Of a stretch of 47,855 nt of DNA, positions 36,761 through 45,164 are shown piece after piece. The DNA is taken from assembly GCA_001791795.1 (NCBI GenBank), contig MGFH01000153.1:1-47855 (forward strand), read 5' to 3'. The translations under genes were made by a program, and so were the position numbers. The stretch comes from Candidatus Wallbacteria bacterium GWC2_49_35. GTDB lineage: Bacteria > Muiribacteriota > UBA9980. The stretch's first letter is position 1. Each line of letters begins with the position of its first letter. Under the pieces are notes generated by a model. That model had not been told where the DNA came from. It was given only the letters and a program-made list of their open reading frames with translations, and did no database searches.

Positions 36761-37762
36761 CTAAAATTCCGCCGAAGCGGCGGCCGTCGGAACGCCTCCA
36801 GCCTTCTCGAGCGACGATTTAAGAGAGCGGAACATTTCCGGCGCGTCAAAGCCCGCGGCGGCGTTAATGACCCCGCCGGCCATATTGTGGTGGCCGCCGC
36901 CGAATCCCCTGCCGTTGAGCAGCTCCTGGATTATGTTAGCGGCGTTCCAGCATTTATTCTCGCTCCTGAGCGAAAATATTACCTTGCCTTCGTATTCGGC
37001 GCACAGCATGACGAAGACGACCTCTTCGAGCGCGAGGAAAAAATCGGCCATTATTCCCAGCAGGTTCTGCGAACAGCCGGTTTTAAGAAAGCAGAAGGCC
37101 GCGCCGTCTGCTATTTTGATGTTTTCGATAGCGTATTTAAAATAGCGCAGATCCGCAGTCTCTATGCAGTTTCTGACCATGCTCTGCACGAACTCGTTAT
37201 CGGCTATGGAAAAAAGAGAAAAGTAGGCCTTGACGTCGTCTTCGGTTATGTTTCGCATAAGGATGGCGGTGTCGACGCATAGGCCTATCATCAGGGCGGT
37301 CGCGGTAACGCGGTCGATCGGCACGGCGAGCGCTTCGAAATATGTATAAATGATGGTCGAGCACGAGCCGCAGGCGGGACGGATATCGATAAATGGAATA
37401 TCTTCGACGCGGCTCGTATCGTGGTGGTCTACCACGCCTATCAGAACCGAGTTTTTAAGTTCCTTCATGTTCTTGTTGCCGCGGCATCCGTCGACCATTA
37501 TCACGGCCGCGCCGGCCGCGTCGTCGATTTCGCGAACTTTGTGAGCGGCTATATCGAGCTTTTTAACCATATTCGCCAGGGAGGCCCGCGTTATATCGCC
37601 GTCGTAGATTATATATGATTCGACGCCGAAGTACTCGAGCAGCGTTTTCATGCCAAAGGCGGCAGCGAGCGCGTCATGGTCGGGGAAATTATGGGTCTGT
37701 ATGTAAACGCTTTTATATTTTTTTGCGCAGTTTATCAGATCGGTTATTGCGGCCATTGCCAC
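36761..37762 (-). CDS. DHH/DHHA1 phosphoesterase (NrnA-like)
   Basis: THNFPDHDA, VDG, DHH, GLCVDT, SLRS and GGGHHNMAGG. Promoter-like TTGATT-N17-TAAAAT at 37815-37787. Confidence 0.9.
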   Translation of the reverse strand: MAMAAITDLINCAKKYKSVYIQTHNFPDHDALAAAFGMKTLLEYFGVESYIIYDGDITRASLANMVKKLDIAAHKVREIDDAAGAAVIMVDGCRGNKNMKELKNSVLIGVVDHHDTSRVEDIPFIDIRPACGSCSTIIYTYFEALAVPIDRVTATALMIGLCVDTAILMRNITEDDVKAYFSLFSIADNEFVQSMVRNCIETADLRYFKYAIENIKIADGAAFCFLKTGCSQNLLGIMADFFLALEEVVFVMLCAEYEGKVIFSLRSENKCWNAANIIQELLNGRGFGGGHHNMAGGVINAAAGFDAPEMFRSLKSSLEKAGGVPTAAASAEF

Positions 37763-37833
37763 CTCGCACGATATTTACTGTGATTTATTTTATCAGATAA
37801 TCGCAAATAAATCAACACTTTTAAATCAAGTAA

Positions 37834-37863
37834 GAAGCAGGCGCCCCCGGGGGCGCCTGCTTC
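37834..37863 (-). terminator. Perfect 30-bp palindrome, probably the terminator of the arginine decarboxylase gene
   Basis: GAAGCAGGCGCCCCC|GGGGGCGCCTGCTTC; minus-strand tail TTACTTGATTT. Confidence 0.6.
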
Positions 37864-37933
37864 GTGATCCGGCAAGCCGGAATTTATTTTTTGCTGAAGT
37901 TCTGGTAAAATTAAAAAGGCGCGCGATCCGCGG

Positions 37934-38485
37934 CTACATTAGAAGCACGGCGGCAGCGACGACGGTGGTCCAGAGGCCGTTTTTATCGCCGATGGCCGAT
38001 TGGGTAAGGTTTCTGGTGCGGACCTTTATGTTGTTGATCTTCCATATTTCGGATTTTTCATCGTATTTGACGTCGCTGTCCATATCGAAACCATAAGTAG
38101 AAGCGAGCATGGCGGCAGCGAGGTCTTCCGCGTAGTCGCCGACGGCCTTGTCGGTAGCGCCGAAACAGTGGTGCTCGGAAAGGTATCCGTATCTTTTTTT
38201 ATCGTCAGGCTGCGCGATGCCTATCGAGGCGGCTATGAGACGGTTAGGCTCGTTGGTCGCGATGTCCGCCAGAACTACGAAGGTTATCTGGCCCGACTTT
38301 AACTTCGGAGATGCTACTTTTTCTGTTAATATCTTCGCGCCTGGCGGAAATATGGATGAAACGCGGACCAGATTGTACTGGGCTATCTTCGCGTTCCTCA
38401 ACGCCATTTCAAACGACTGCAGTTTTTCCTTAGATTTTCCGACGCCTTTTGTTAAAAAAAGCCCTTTGGGTACGAAATCCATCAA
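37934..38485 (-). CDS. pdaD: Pyruvoyl-dependent arginine decarboxylase
   Basis: SFEMALRNAKIAQYNLVRVSSIFPP (Ser-Ser self-cleavage site), GYLSEHH, YAEDLAA and WTTVVAAAV. Promoter TTGCAT-N17-TATAAT at 38565-38537. Confidence 0.92.
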   Translation of the reverse strand: MMDFVPKGLFLTKGVGKSKEKLQSFEMALRNAKIAQYNLVRVSSIFPPGAKILTEKVASPKLKSGQITFVVLADIATNEPNRLIAASIGIAQPDDKKRYGYLSEHHCFGATDKAVGDYAEDLAAAMLASTYGFDMDSDVKYDEKSEIWKINNIKVRTRNLTQSAIGDKNGLWTTVVAAAVLLM

Positions 38486-38740
38486 TTATATTATCTCCTT
38501 CTTTTTCCAGGTTAAAGCGCTAACTTTTAATTTTTTATTATATCACTATAAAAATTCAAATGCAATATATTTTTATAATTTTTTTCGATTTATCGCGTTA
38601 CTCACTTGAAATAAAATCGAAAATATAATAAAATTACTTCCGACGCCGTATTCCGGCCCCGAGCTCTTCCGGCGGCAATAATATCACGAAATCATTATAT
38701 GCCGGATATCCCATAGATTTATAGTTATACGGAGATGCAC

Positions 38741-40825
38741 ATGCCCGACGACACCATGGATTTCAATTTCAACGGCGGCGCCGCCTCCGCGGCGTCTGAG
38801 CGCATAAGGTCGCTGACCGAATTCATCACGAGGTGCGACCACGAATATTACCTGCTCAACAGGCCTTCCGCGAGCGACATTGAATACGACCGCGCCATGG
38901 CCGAACTGGAGAAACTCGAAAAAGAACACCCCGGGCTGAAAATGCCGGGCTCTCCGACCGGACGCGTTTCCGGCTCGCCCGCGAAGGAGTTCCGCCAGAT
39001 AACCCACGAAACGCCAATGCTCTCGCTCGCCAACTCCTACGGCATCGAAGATCTCCGCGACTTTGAAACGCGAATATTAAAAGATCTGAATATAGGCAGG
39101 GCGCCTTCCGATTTCATAAAACCTGAAGATATACAATATTGCGTCGAGCTGAAATTCGACGGCGCATCGATCTCGCTCACTTACGAGCGCGGCGTTCTAA
39201 AAAGCGCCGCCACGCGCGGCGACGGGCGCACCGGCGAGGACGTGACGGCGAACGTCGCCACCATAAAACAGGTTCCGCTCCGGCTCGCGCTCGACTGCGA
39301 CGCGGTAGTTCGCGGCGAGATCTTCATGCCCCGAAGCGTCTTCGCCGCTCTCAACACCGCGCGCGAAGATGCGGGAGAGGCGGTCTTCGCCAATCCGCGA
39401 AACGCCGCCGCCGGAGCGCTCAGGCAGCTCGACGCGAAGGTTACGGCCGGACGCGGCCTGAATATTTTTCTGTACAACCTCGCGAAATCCCCTGTGGTCT
39501 ATGAGAAAGGCAAAGGGCGCGAAACGGCCTTCGAAACGCATTCAGCTTCGCTCGAGTTCCTCGCGGCCCTCGGCATGCGCGTTTCTGAAAACTTTTCGGT
39601 CCTTCGCGGCATGGACGCCGTCATCGCGCATATCGAAAAGTGGGAAACGATGCGCCGCTCGCTCGACTACGACACCGACGGCATGGTCGTGAAGGTCGAC
39701 AACCTCGCATGGCAGGCTTCCCTCGGCTTCACCGCGAAATCGCCGCGCTTCGCTATGGCTTATAAGTACGCGCCCGAGCGCGCCGAAACCGTCATCGAAA
39801 GCATCCAGATCCAGGTCGGAAAAACCGGCACGCTCACGCCCGTCGCGAACTTCACGCCCGTGACGCTTTCTGGCACGCGCATAGCCCGCGCGTCGCTTCA
39901 CAACGCCGACGAGATCGAGGCGAAGGACATCCGCGAAAACGACCATGTCATAATAGAAAAAGCCGGCGAGATCATCCCGCAGGTCGTCGAGGTCATAGTT
40001 TCCCGCCGCGGCCCCGATTCGAAGAAATTCACGATGCCCTCCGAATGCCCCGCCTGCGGCTCGCCGGCCGTCCGCAACGAAGGAGAGGCCGCCTGGCGAT
40101 GCGTTTCGCTGTCCTGCCCGGCCCAGTTCATCAGAAAAGCCGAATATTTCGCTTCCAAACGCGCTCTCGACTTCGAAGGCTTCGGCGAAAAAGTTATCGA
40201 AACGCTCGTCGAACACGGACTTATCGGCGACATGGCCGACATACTCAAACTCAGATACGAAGACTTCCTCAAACTTCCGCGTTTCAAGGAAAAACTGGCG
40301 TCGAAGCTCGCGCTCGAGATCGAAAAGAAAAAGAACACCACGCTCAACCGCTTCATCACGGCTCTTCAGATACCCTTCGTCGGCGAAACCACCGCGGCTT
40401 CCCTGGCGGGCCATTTCAAATCGTTCGAAAAGATCGCCGCCGCGTCGCCCGAAGATTTCCTGGCCGTGGGAGAGATAGGCGAAAAGATCGCCGCGTCGCT
40501 CGCGCGCTTTTTTTCCAACGCAAAGAACGCCGGGATAATAAATAAAATTTTTGAAGCGGGCCTCAGGATCGAGGCGATATCCTCCGTCAGAGCCGAATCG
40601 GATCGTCTCGCGAACAGATCCTTCGTGATAACCGGAACGCTTTCGGTCCCGCGCGATTCAGTTGAAGAACTTATCGAGGCCCACGGCGGCTCGAACGCCT
40701 CGAGCGTGTCGAAAAAGACGTCCTTCGTCGTCGCGGGCGACTCGCCCGGCTCGAAATTCGACAAGGCCGTCAAACTCGGCGTATCAGTGATAACTTACGA
40801 GCAGCTTCTTAAAATGATAGAATAA
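38741..40825 (+). CDS. ligA: NAD-dependent DNA ligase
   Basis: PMLSL; adenylation motif ELKFDG; ATRGDG; FANPRNAAAG; DGMVVK; C4 zinc finger; HhH repeats; BRCT (GDSPGSKFDKA). SD GGAG favours ATG 38741. Confidence 0.97.
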   Translation: MPDDTMDFNFNGGAASAASERIRSLTEFITRCDHEYYLLNRPSASDIEYDRAMAELEKLEKEHPGLKMPGSPTGRVSGSPAKEFRQITHETPMLSLANSYGIEDLRDFETRILKDLNIGRAPSDFIKPEDIQYCVELKFDGASISLTYERGVLKSAATRGDGRTGEDVTANVATIKQVPLRLALDCDAVVRGEIFMPRSVFAALNTAREDAGEAVFANPRNAAAGALRQLDAKVTAGRGLNIFLYNLAKSPVVYEKGKGRETAFETHSASLEFLAALGMRVSENFSVLRGMDAVIAHIEKWETMRRSLDYDTDGMVVKVDNLAWQASLGFTAKSPRFAMAYKYAPERAETVIESIQIQVGKTGTLTPVANFTPVTLSGTRIARASLHNADEIEAKDIRENDHVIIEKAGEIIPQVVEVIVSRRGPDSKKFTMPSECPACGSPAVRNEGEAAWRCVSLSCPAQFIRKAEYFASKRALDFEGFGEKVIETLVEHGLIGDMADILKLRYEDFLKLPRFKEKLASKLALEIEKKKNTTLNRFITALQIPFVGETTAASLAGHFKSFEKIAAASPEDFLAVGEIGEKIAASLARFFSNAKNAGIINKIFEAGLRIEAISSVRAESDRLANRSFVITGTLSVPRDSVEELIEAHGGSNASSVSKKTSFVVAGDSPGSKFDKAVKLGVSVITYEQLLKMIE

Positions 40826-40874
40826 GCGCGAAATAAAACGCCGCCGAAAAAGCGCACGCGCACTAAAATCATAC

Positions 40875-40913
40875 AAAAAAGGGCCTTACCCTGAGAGGGG
40901 CGGCCCTTTTTTT
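40875..40913. terminator. Bidirectional terminator between ligA and the PPIase gene
   Basis: A6-GGGCC...GGCCC-T7. Confidence 0.8.
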
Positions 40914-41019
40914 GTGCTGAATAAAATATATTCGATAAAGTCTGAGTTTATAAAACAATACTTTATTATAAAATTATTTTAATTAATTAAAAAATTAAAT
41001 ATTAAATATTAAATATTGT

Positions 41020-42507
41020 TTATTTTATTTTTTCATTGAACAGCTGCGGTTTGTATTTGTCTCTGAGATATTTCTGGAAAGCGTCGCGCGCCGCCATCTG
41101 TTTTTCCCGCTTCAGCGAGTTCTCTATTTTCGGCGTTTCTTCGGCGAGTTCGCGCTGTTTGCCTTCTATCTTGTCGGTGACCTTTATTATGTGGAAGCCG
41201 AACTGCGTCTTGACTACAGGTGTCATTTCGCCTTTTTTGGCCGCGAAGGCCGCGGTCTCGAATTCCTTCACCATCATGCCGCGCCCGAAAAGTCCGAGAT
41301 CGCCGCCTTTTTCCTTCGAAGGACAGCTTGATTCGGCTTTTGCGAGTTCTTCGAAGTTAGCGCCTTCCTTGAGTTTCTTTTCGATCTCCTTCGCCTTTTC
41401 TTCGCTCGCTACGAGTATATGCGAAGCCTTAACCTGGTCGTCACGGAAGCTGGCCTTGTTATCCTCGTAATATTTCTTAACGGCGTCGGGGCTGACCTCG
41501 ATATTTTTAAATACTTCGCTGTCGATAAAAAGTCTTTTTTTCTGCATATTTTTGATCTTTTCGAGCTCGTTTTTGACCTTTTCGTTCTTGTCGGGAGCGT
41601 ATCCGTTCTTGACCGCGTAATCTGAAAGCAAGTGGGCCTTGAGGAGGTTATCGGCTATCATGGCGCAGTATTCGGGGCTTTCGAGATTATGAACCGACTT
41701 GTTCTGGCTGACTATCTTGTCGGTGTCGAACGCTTTTTTCAGATCGCCGAGCGTGATGCTCGCGAATTTGGTGTCGTAAATCGAAATCGCGAGTTCGCTC
41801 GAATCGAGCTTCGCTATGTCTTTTATCTTCGCAAGGCCCGCTTCGTTGGTCTTCACTTCATATTCTTTAGCGGTGTCGAGCCAGTATTTCATGAGGTATT
41901 CCTCGAGTCTTTTATTTTTCAGTTCTTCGTTTATAGCCTGCTTGACGTTGTCGAATTCGGCCGTTTTGAACTGAGTTTCTTTGTTCTTATCGTAAAAATC
42001 TTTAATTTCCTGCTCGCTTACTTCGACTTTGTGGTTCTGTATCTTTTCGGTCATATAAAAGTGAAGTATGACGCGCTTTTCGATCTCGGACATGACCTGT
42101 TTGAACTGCTCGTTGTCGTCGAATTTCTTCTCGGCGATCTCCATTTCGAGCATTTTATCGTCGACCATCTGTTCTAAAAATCTTTCTTTGTCGGCTTTTT
42201 TTATAGTATTGCGCGGAACGTAAGGCGGTATCTGCTCGTCGAGCTTCGCGTTGAAATCTTTGCCTTTGATCTCGTCAGTTCCTACCTTCGCGAGAACTTC
42301 TTCGGGGGCGATCGTGACTATTTCGGCCGTAGAGGCCATTGCGGGACCTTCGGCGTCGGTCACGTTGAATTTCATGTTATCGACGTTGACCTCCTGTGAA
42401 GCGCCGACTTCGGTCGTCGAGCCGTCAGCGGCCTCCGAGCGGGCCGGAAGGGACATCGATATAAGTACCATTGAAGCGATTAAAAGGCTTAATTTTACAA
42501 GATCCAT
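41020..42507 (-). CDS. Secreted parvulin-type peptidyl-prolyl isomerase/foldase (PrsA/SurA-like)
   Basis: Signal peptide; [28 protein letters not shown] and [10 protein letters not shown]. Promoter TTGACT-N17-TATAAT at 42568-42540. Confidence 0.92.
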   Translation of the reverse strand: MDLVKLSLLIASMVLISMSLPARSEAADGSTTEVGASQEVNVDNMKFNVTDAEGPAMASTAEIVTIAPEEVLAKVGTDEIKGKDFNAKLDEQIPPYVPRNTIKKADKERFLEQMVDDKMLEMEIAEKKFDDNEQFKQVMSEIEKRVILHFYMTEKIQNHKVEVSEQEIKDFYDKNKETQFKTAEFDNVKQAINEELKNKRLEEYLMKYWLDTAKEYEVKTNEAGLAKIKDIAKLDSSELAISIYDTKFASITLGDLKKAFDTDKIVSQNKSVHNLESPEYCAMIADNLLKAHLLSDYAVKNGYAPDKNEKVKNELEKIKNMQKKRLFIDSEVFKNIEVSPDAVKKYYEDNKASFRDDQVKASHILVASEEKAKEIEKKLKEGANFEELAKAESSCPSKEKGGDLGLFGRGMMVKEFETAAFAAKKGEMTPVVKTQFGFHIIKVTDKIEGKQRELAEETPKIENSLKREKQMAARDAFQKYLRDKYKPQLFNEKIK

Positions 42508-42713
42508 AAAAACTCCTTAATTTATTTGATGACCGCTTGATTATATTTGTAAACATCTTAAAAGTCAAGATATTTATTTGGGCGGCGCCATGAAATCCGG
42601 CCGGTTTGAGGGGCTCGACCGAACCTTCCGGCGAACGCGCGCAAAAAAATAAAAAAGGGCATTAAAAAAATGCCCCTCAGCTCAGAAACGTTTATAGTAC
42701 GATTTTTCGCGCT

Positions 42714-43178
42714 TTATTTAACTTTGTTTTCAACCGTGCCCGCCGGGACTTTATCCGGCGCGTTTTTTAAAGCGTTTTCGGCAGTCGCCGGATCGCCGGC
42801 ATTTACAGGCGGCGTTGCCGGCTGTTTATAAATTTCGAAACCGCTCATTAAAATGCCCTTTTTCCTGTCTTCTTTACTGAGCCGGAGCTGTCCGGCTACG
42901 GTAAACTTAAGCGCGCCGTAATCTTTAACCGCCAGTATCTGGTCCACAATGGCCTTCGGGCCTATCAACTTATATTTTTCCCCTTTTTCGTCGACAAGTT
43001 CATAAACGGGCCGCGATTCTTTTTTAACGGTTTTTACCTGGCGCACCGCGCCGACCGCGGTAAATAAAACTTTTCCGTCCGCTACACCGCCGGAAGGCTC
43101 GGCGTAAACATGCGTCAGCGGCACCTGAGCCGCGAACAGTATGAATATTAAAAACGCATGAAAAATTTTAGAGATCAT
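42714..43178 (-). CDS. Small secreted hypothetical protein, paralog of the adjacent gene (possible OB-fold)
   Basis: Signal peptide ending VYA; SD GGAGG; core similar to 43273..43842; Pro/Ala tail. Confidence 0.65.
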   Translation of the reverse strand: MISKIFHAFLIFILFAAQVPLTHVYAEPSGGVADGKVLFTAVGAVRQVKTVKKESRPVYELVDEKGEKYKLIGPKAIVDQILAVKDYGALKFTVAGQLRLSKEDRKKGILMSGFEIYKQPATPPVNAGDPATAENALKNAPDKVPAGTVENKVK

Positions 43179-43272
43179 TTTGCCTTCCTCCCCTTGTCCA
43201 GGGTTTTTAGCCTGACCGGCGCCCGCTCCGCTTTAAGCGGAACGGGGACCGGCGAAAAGAGATTTAAATTAA

Positions 43273-43842
43273 TTATTTGCCGGTTTCAGCGGGTTTTTCT
43301 TCGGCTTTAGGAGCTTCGACAGCGGGCGTTGCCGGTACTGCCGGCGTCGCGGAAACCGCGGGAGCTTCGGGGGCCTTTACTTCAGCTTTAGGAGCTTCAG
43401 CCGCGGGCGTTGCAGGCGTTGCGGGAGCTTCGGGAGCCTTTACTTCAGCGGGAATGGCGGGCGTGCCGACTTCGCTGAATTCATCTATCTTTAAAGAAGG
43501 ATAGTAGTCTTTTTTGTCTTTGTCTTTCTCAGATACGGGTTTCGAAGTGCCTTTCACTTTGAAGGTTTTGTTAGCGTAATCAGCAACTGCGAATATGCCG
43601 GCTTTTTTGCCTTTACCTTTGATTATGAAATATTTCTGGCCGTCTTCGGCTACGAATAAATGTTTCTCTCTACCTTTTGTGTCTTTTTCGCTGAGGATCT
43701 TGCCGGTGAGTTCTACTGTAACGAAAGCGCCTTTTTTGTCTTTGCCTTTTTCTTCTTTTTTCGCTTCTTCAGCCGCTATAGCAGTAGCAGCGAAATAAAC
43801 CGTGACTAATAACATGAACAATACCGCTAAAATTTTTTTCAT
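43273..43842 (-). CDS. Small Lys-rich secreted protein with Pro/Ala/Glu repeat tail (possible OB-fold)
   Basis: SD AGGAGGTG overlaps the GTG at 43854, so ATG 43842 (MKKILAV...AIA) is the likelier start. Tail repeats AEVKAPEAPA x2 and ATPA. Confidence 0.7.
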   Translation of the reverse strand: MKKILAVLFMLLVTVYFAATAIAAEEAKKEEKGKDKKGAFVTVELTGKILSEKDTKGREKHLFVAEDGQKYFIIKGKGKKAGIFAVADYANKTFKVKGTSKPVSEKDKDKKDYYPSLKIDEFSEVGTPAIPAEVKAPEAPATPATPAAEAPKAEVKAPEAPAVSATPAVPATPAVEAPKAEEKPAETGK

Positions 43843-43894
43843 TATGGGATACACCTCCTAAAAATTAGCCGCGATGAGCGGCAATAATCAGCAA

Positions 43895-43910
43895 AGCAAT
43901 TTGCGTGCCA
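43895..43910 (-). promoter_or_regulatory. Sigma54 (-24/-12) promoter
   Basis: Minus strand TGGCAC-GCAAA-TTGCT, a full match to the TGGCAC-N5-TTGC consensus, about 50 nt upstream of the ATG. Confidence 0.8.
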
Positions 43911-44056
43911 TGTAACGCGAAAATTCGCCCGGTCCGCGGATACACAAAAGCCGCCAGCCGTAAAGTTAAAACGTCTGATCGTTTCAGCTCCGCAAAATTT
44001 ATGCAATAAAAATATCGCTAAGTGATAAAAAATTATCACTTATATCATGCCGGTCA

Positions 44057-45163
44057 TCACATGATTTTTGAAAGGTTGACGCGCGCATCGGCAAACCCGG
44101 GATCGACGGCAAGCGCCTTTTTAAAAAGCTCTGCCGCCAGGCCGCTGTCGTTCAATTTTAAATGGAGGATGGCGCAATTGTTTAAAAAAGCCGCGCTGGC
44201 CGAAAATTTTTCGTTTTTTTCATCGGCGTATTTTTTCGCCCGCTCGTATTGTTTGAGGCTCAAAAGACATGAAATAAGGTTAATGGCAGTGTCGGCGTCG
44301 CCGTCGTCGTGCTTTTCGGCCAGCGAATAAAATTCGACGGCCCTTTCATAATTTTTAACGGCCTGATGACTGAACGCGATCTGAAAATATGCCAGATGCT
44401 TCTTTTCATCGTCGCCCGCGGCTTCCAGGGCGGCGTTAAGACACTTCTCCCGCTTTTCGAATTCGGAAAGCGGGACGAGACGGGCATGATAATAAACGGC
44501 CTCCCACGGCGCGGTCTTTTCATTCGGTTTACCTGCGATGAAAAGTTTTTCGAACTCGTCCGCGGCCTCCCGCATCGCGGAATCGCCTGCCGCGGCCGCT
44601 GACGATGCGGCAGCCCTGCTTTTGAAAATTGAATAGGCCGTCTGATAATAACGCCGGAAATGCTTTTTGTCGGGAGTGAAAGCCGCCAGCAGCGACGCCG
44701 CTGCATTATAGTTTTTTGCCGCGATATTTTTAACCGCTTCGTCCATCGCCATCGAATTCGCGCCCAGGACCGCCTCGCTTTCGGCGTCCTCTTCCAGCTT
44801 CAGTATTTTATTCAGGCCTATCAGCAGATCGTTTTCGCCTTCGGTTATCTTTCCGTTCAAAAGCATCCGGTAGTATGCTTCGCGGTAGATGGATATCTTG
44901 TATTCGCGGCCGTTCTCGTCGAGGTTACAGCCGCCGGCGAATATATTGCCTTTTTCTTTGATCTCCGCGACGGTTTCGGCGAGGACCTCGGAATATTTAG
45001 CGTCGCTTATCCCGAATTCTACCTTGAACCCTGCAAACAGGGTTTTTTCGGCGCCGTCGATCTTATTATCGCAAAGAAGTTTTTCGAACAATATCTTAAG
45101 CAGGTCTATCCTGTCGATGTCCTTCGTCGTATGTGGCGTAGTCTGTTCGATGGAATTCGTCAT
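44057..45163 (-). CDS. TPR-containing protein with N-terminal TerB-like helical repeats
   Basis: DNKIDGAEKTLF and NGKITEGENDLL motifs; C-terminal TPRs (AYFQIA...YERAVEFY, FLNNCA...FKKALAVDPGFADARVNL). Confidence 0.7.
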   Translation of the reverse strand: MTNSIEQTTPHTTKDIDRIDLLKILFEKLLCDNKIDGAEKTLFAGFKVEFGISDAKYSEVLAETVAEIKEKGNIFAGGCNLDENGREYKISIYREAYYRMLLNGKITEGENDLLIGLNKILKLEEDAESEAVLGANSMAMDEAVKNIAAKNYNAAASLLAAFTPDKKHFRRYYQTAYSIFKSRAAASSAAAAGDSAMREAADEFEKLFIAGKPNEKTAPWEAVYYHARLVPLSEFEKREKCLNAALEAAGDDEKKHLAYFQIAFSHQAVKNYERAVEFYSLAEKHDDGDADTAINLISCLLSLKQYERAKKYADEKNEKFSASAAFLNNCAILHLKLNDSGLAAELFKKALAVDPGFADARVNLSKIM

Positions 45164-45164
45164 A

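Noticed and set aside
38741-40825. Intein or unusual insertion in ligA
   Set aside because: Length is normal at about 694 aa; only short loop insertions, with no splice-junction or LAGLIDADG motifs.
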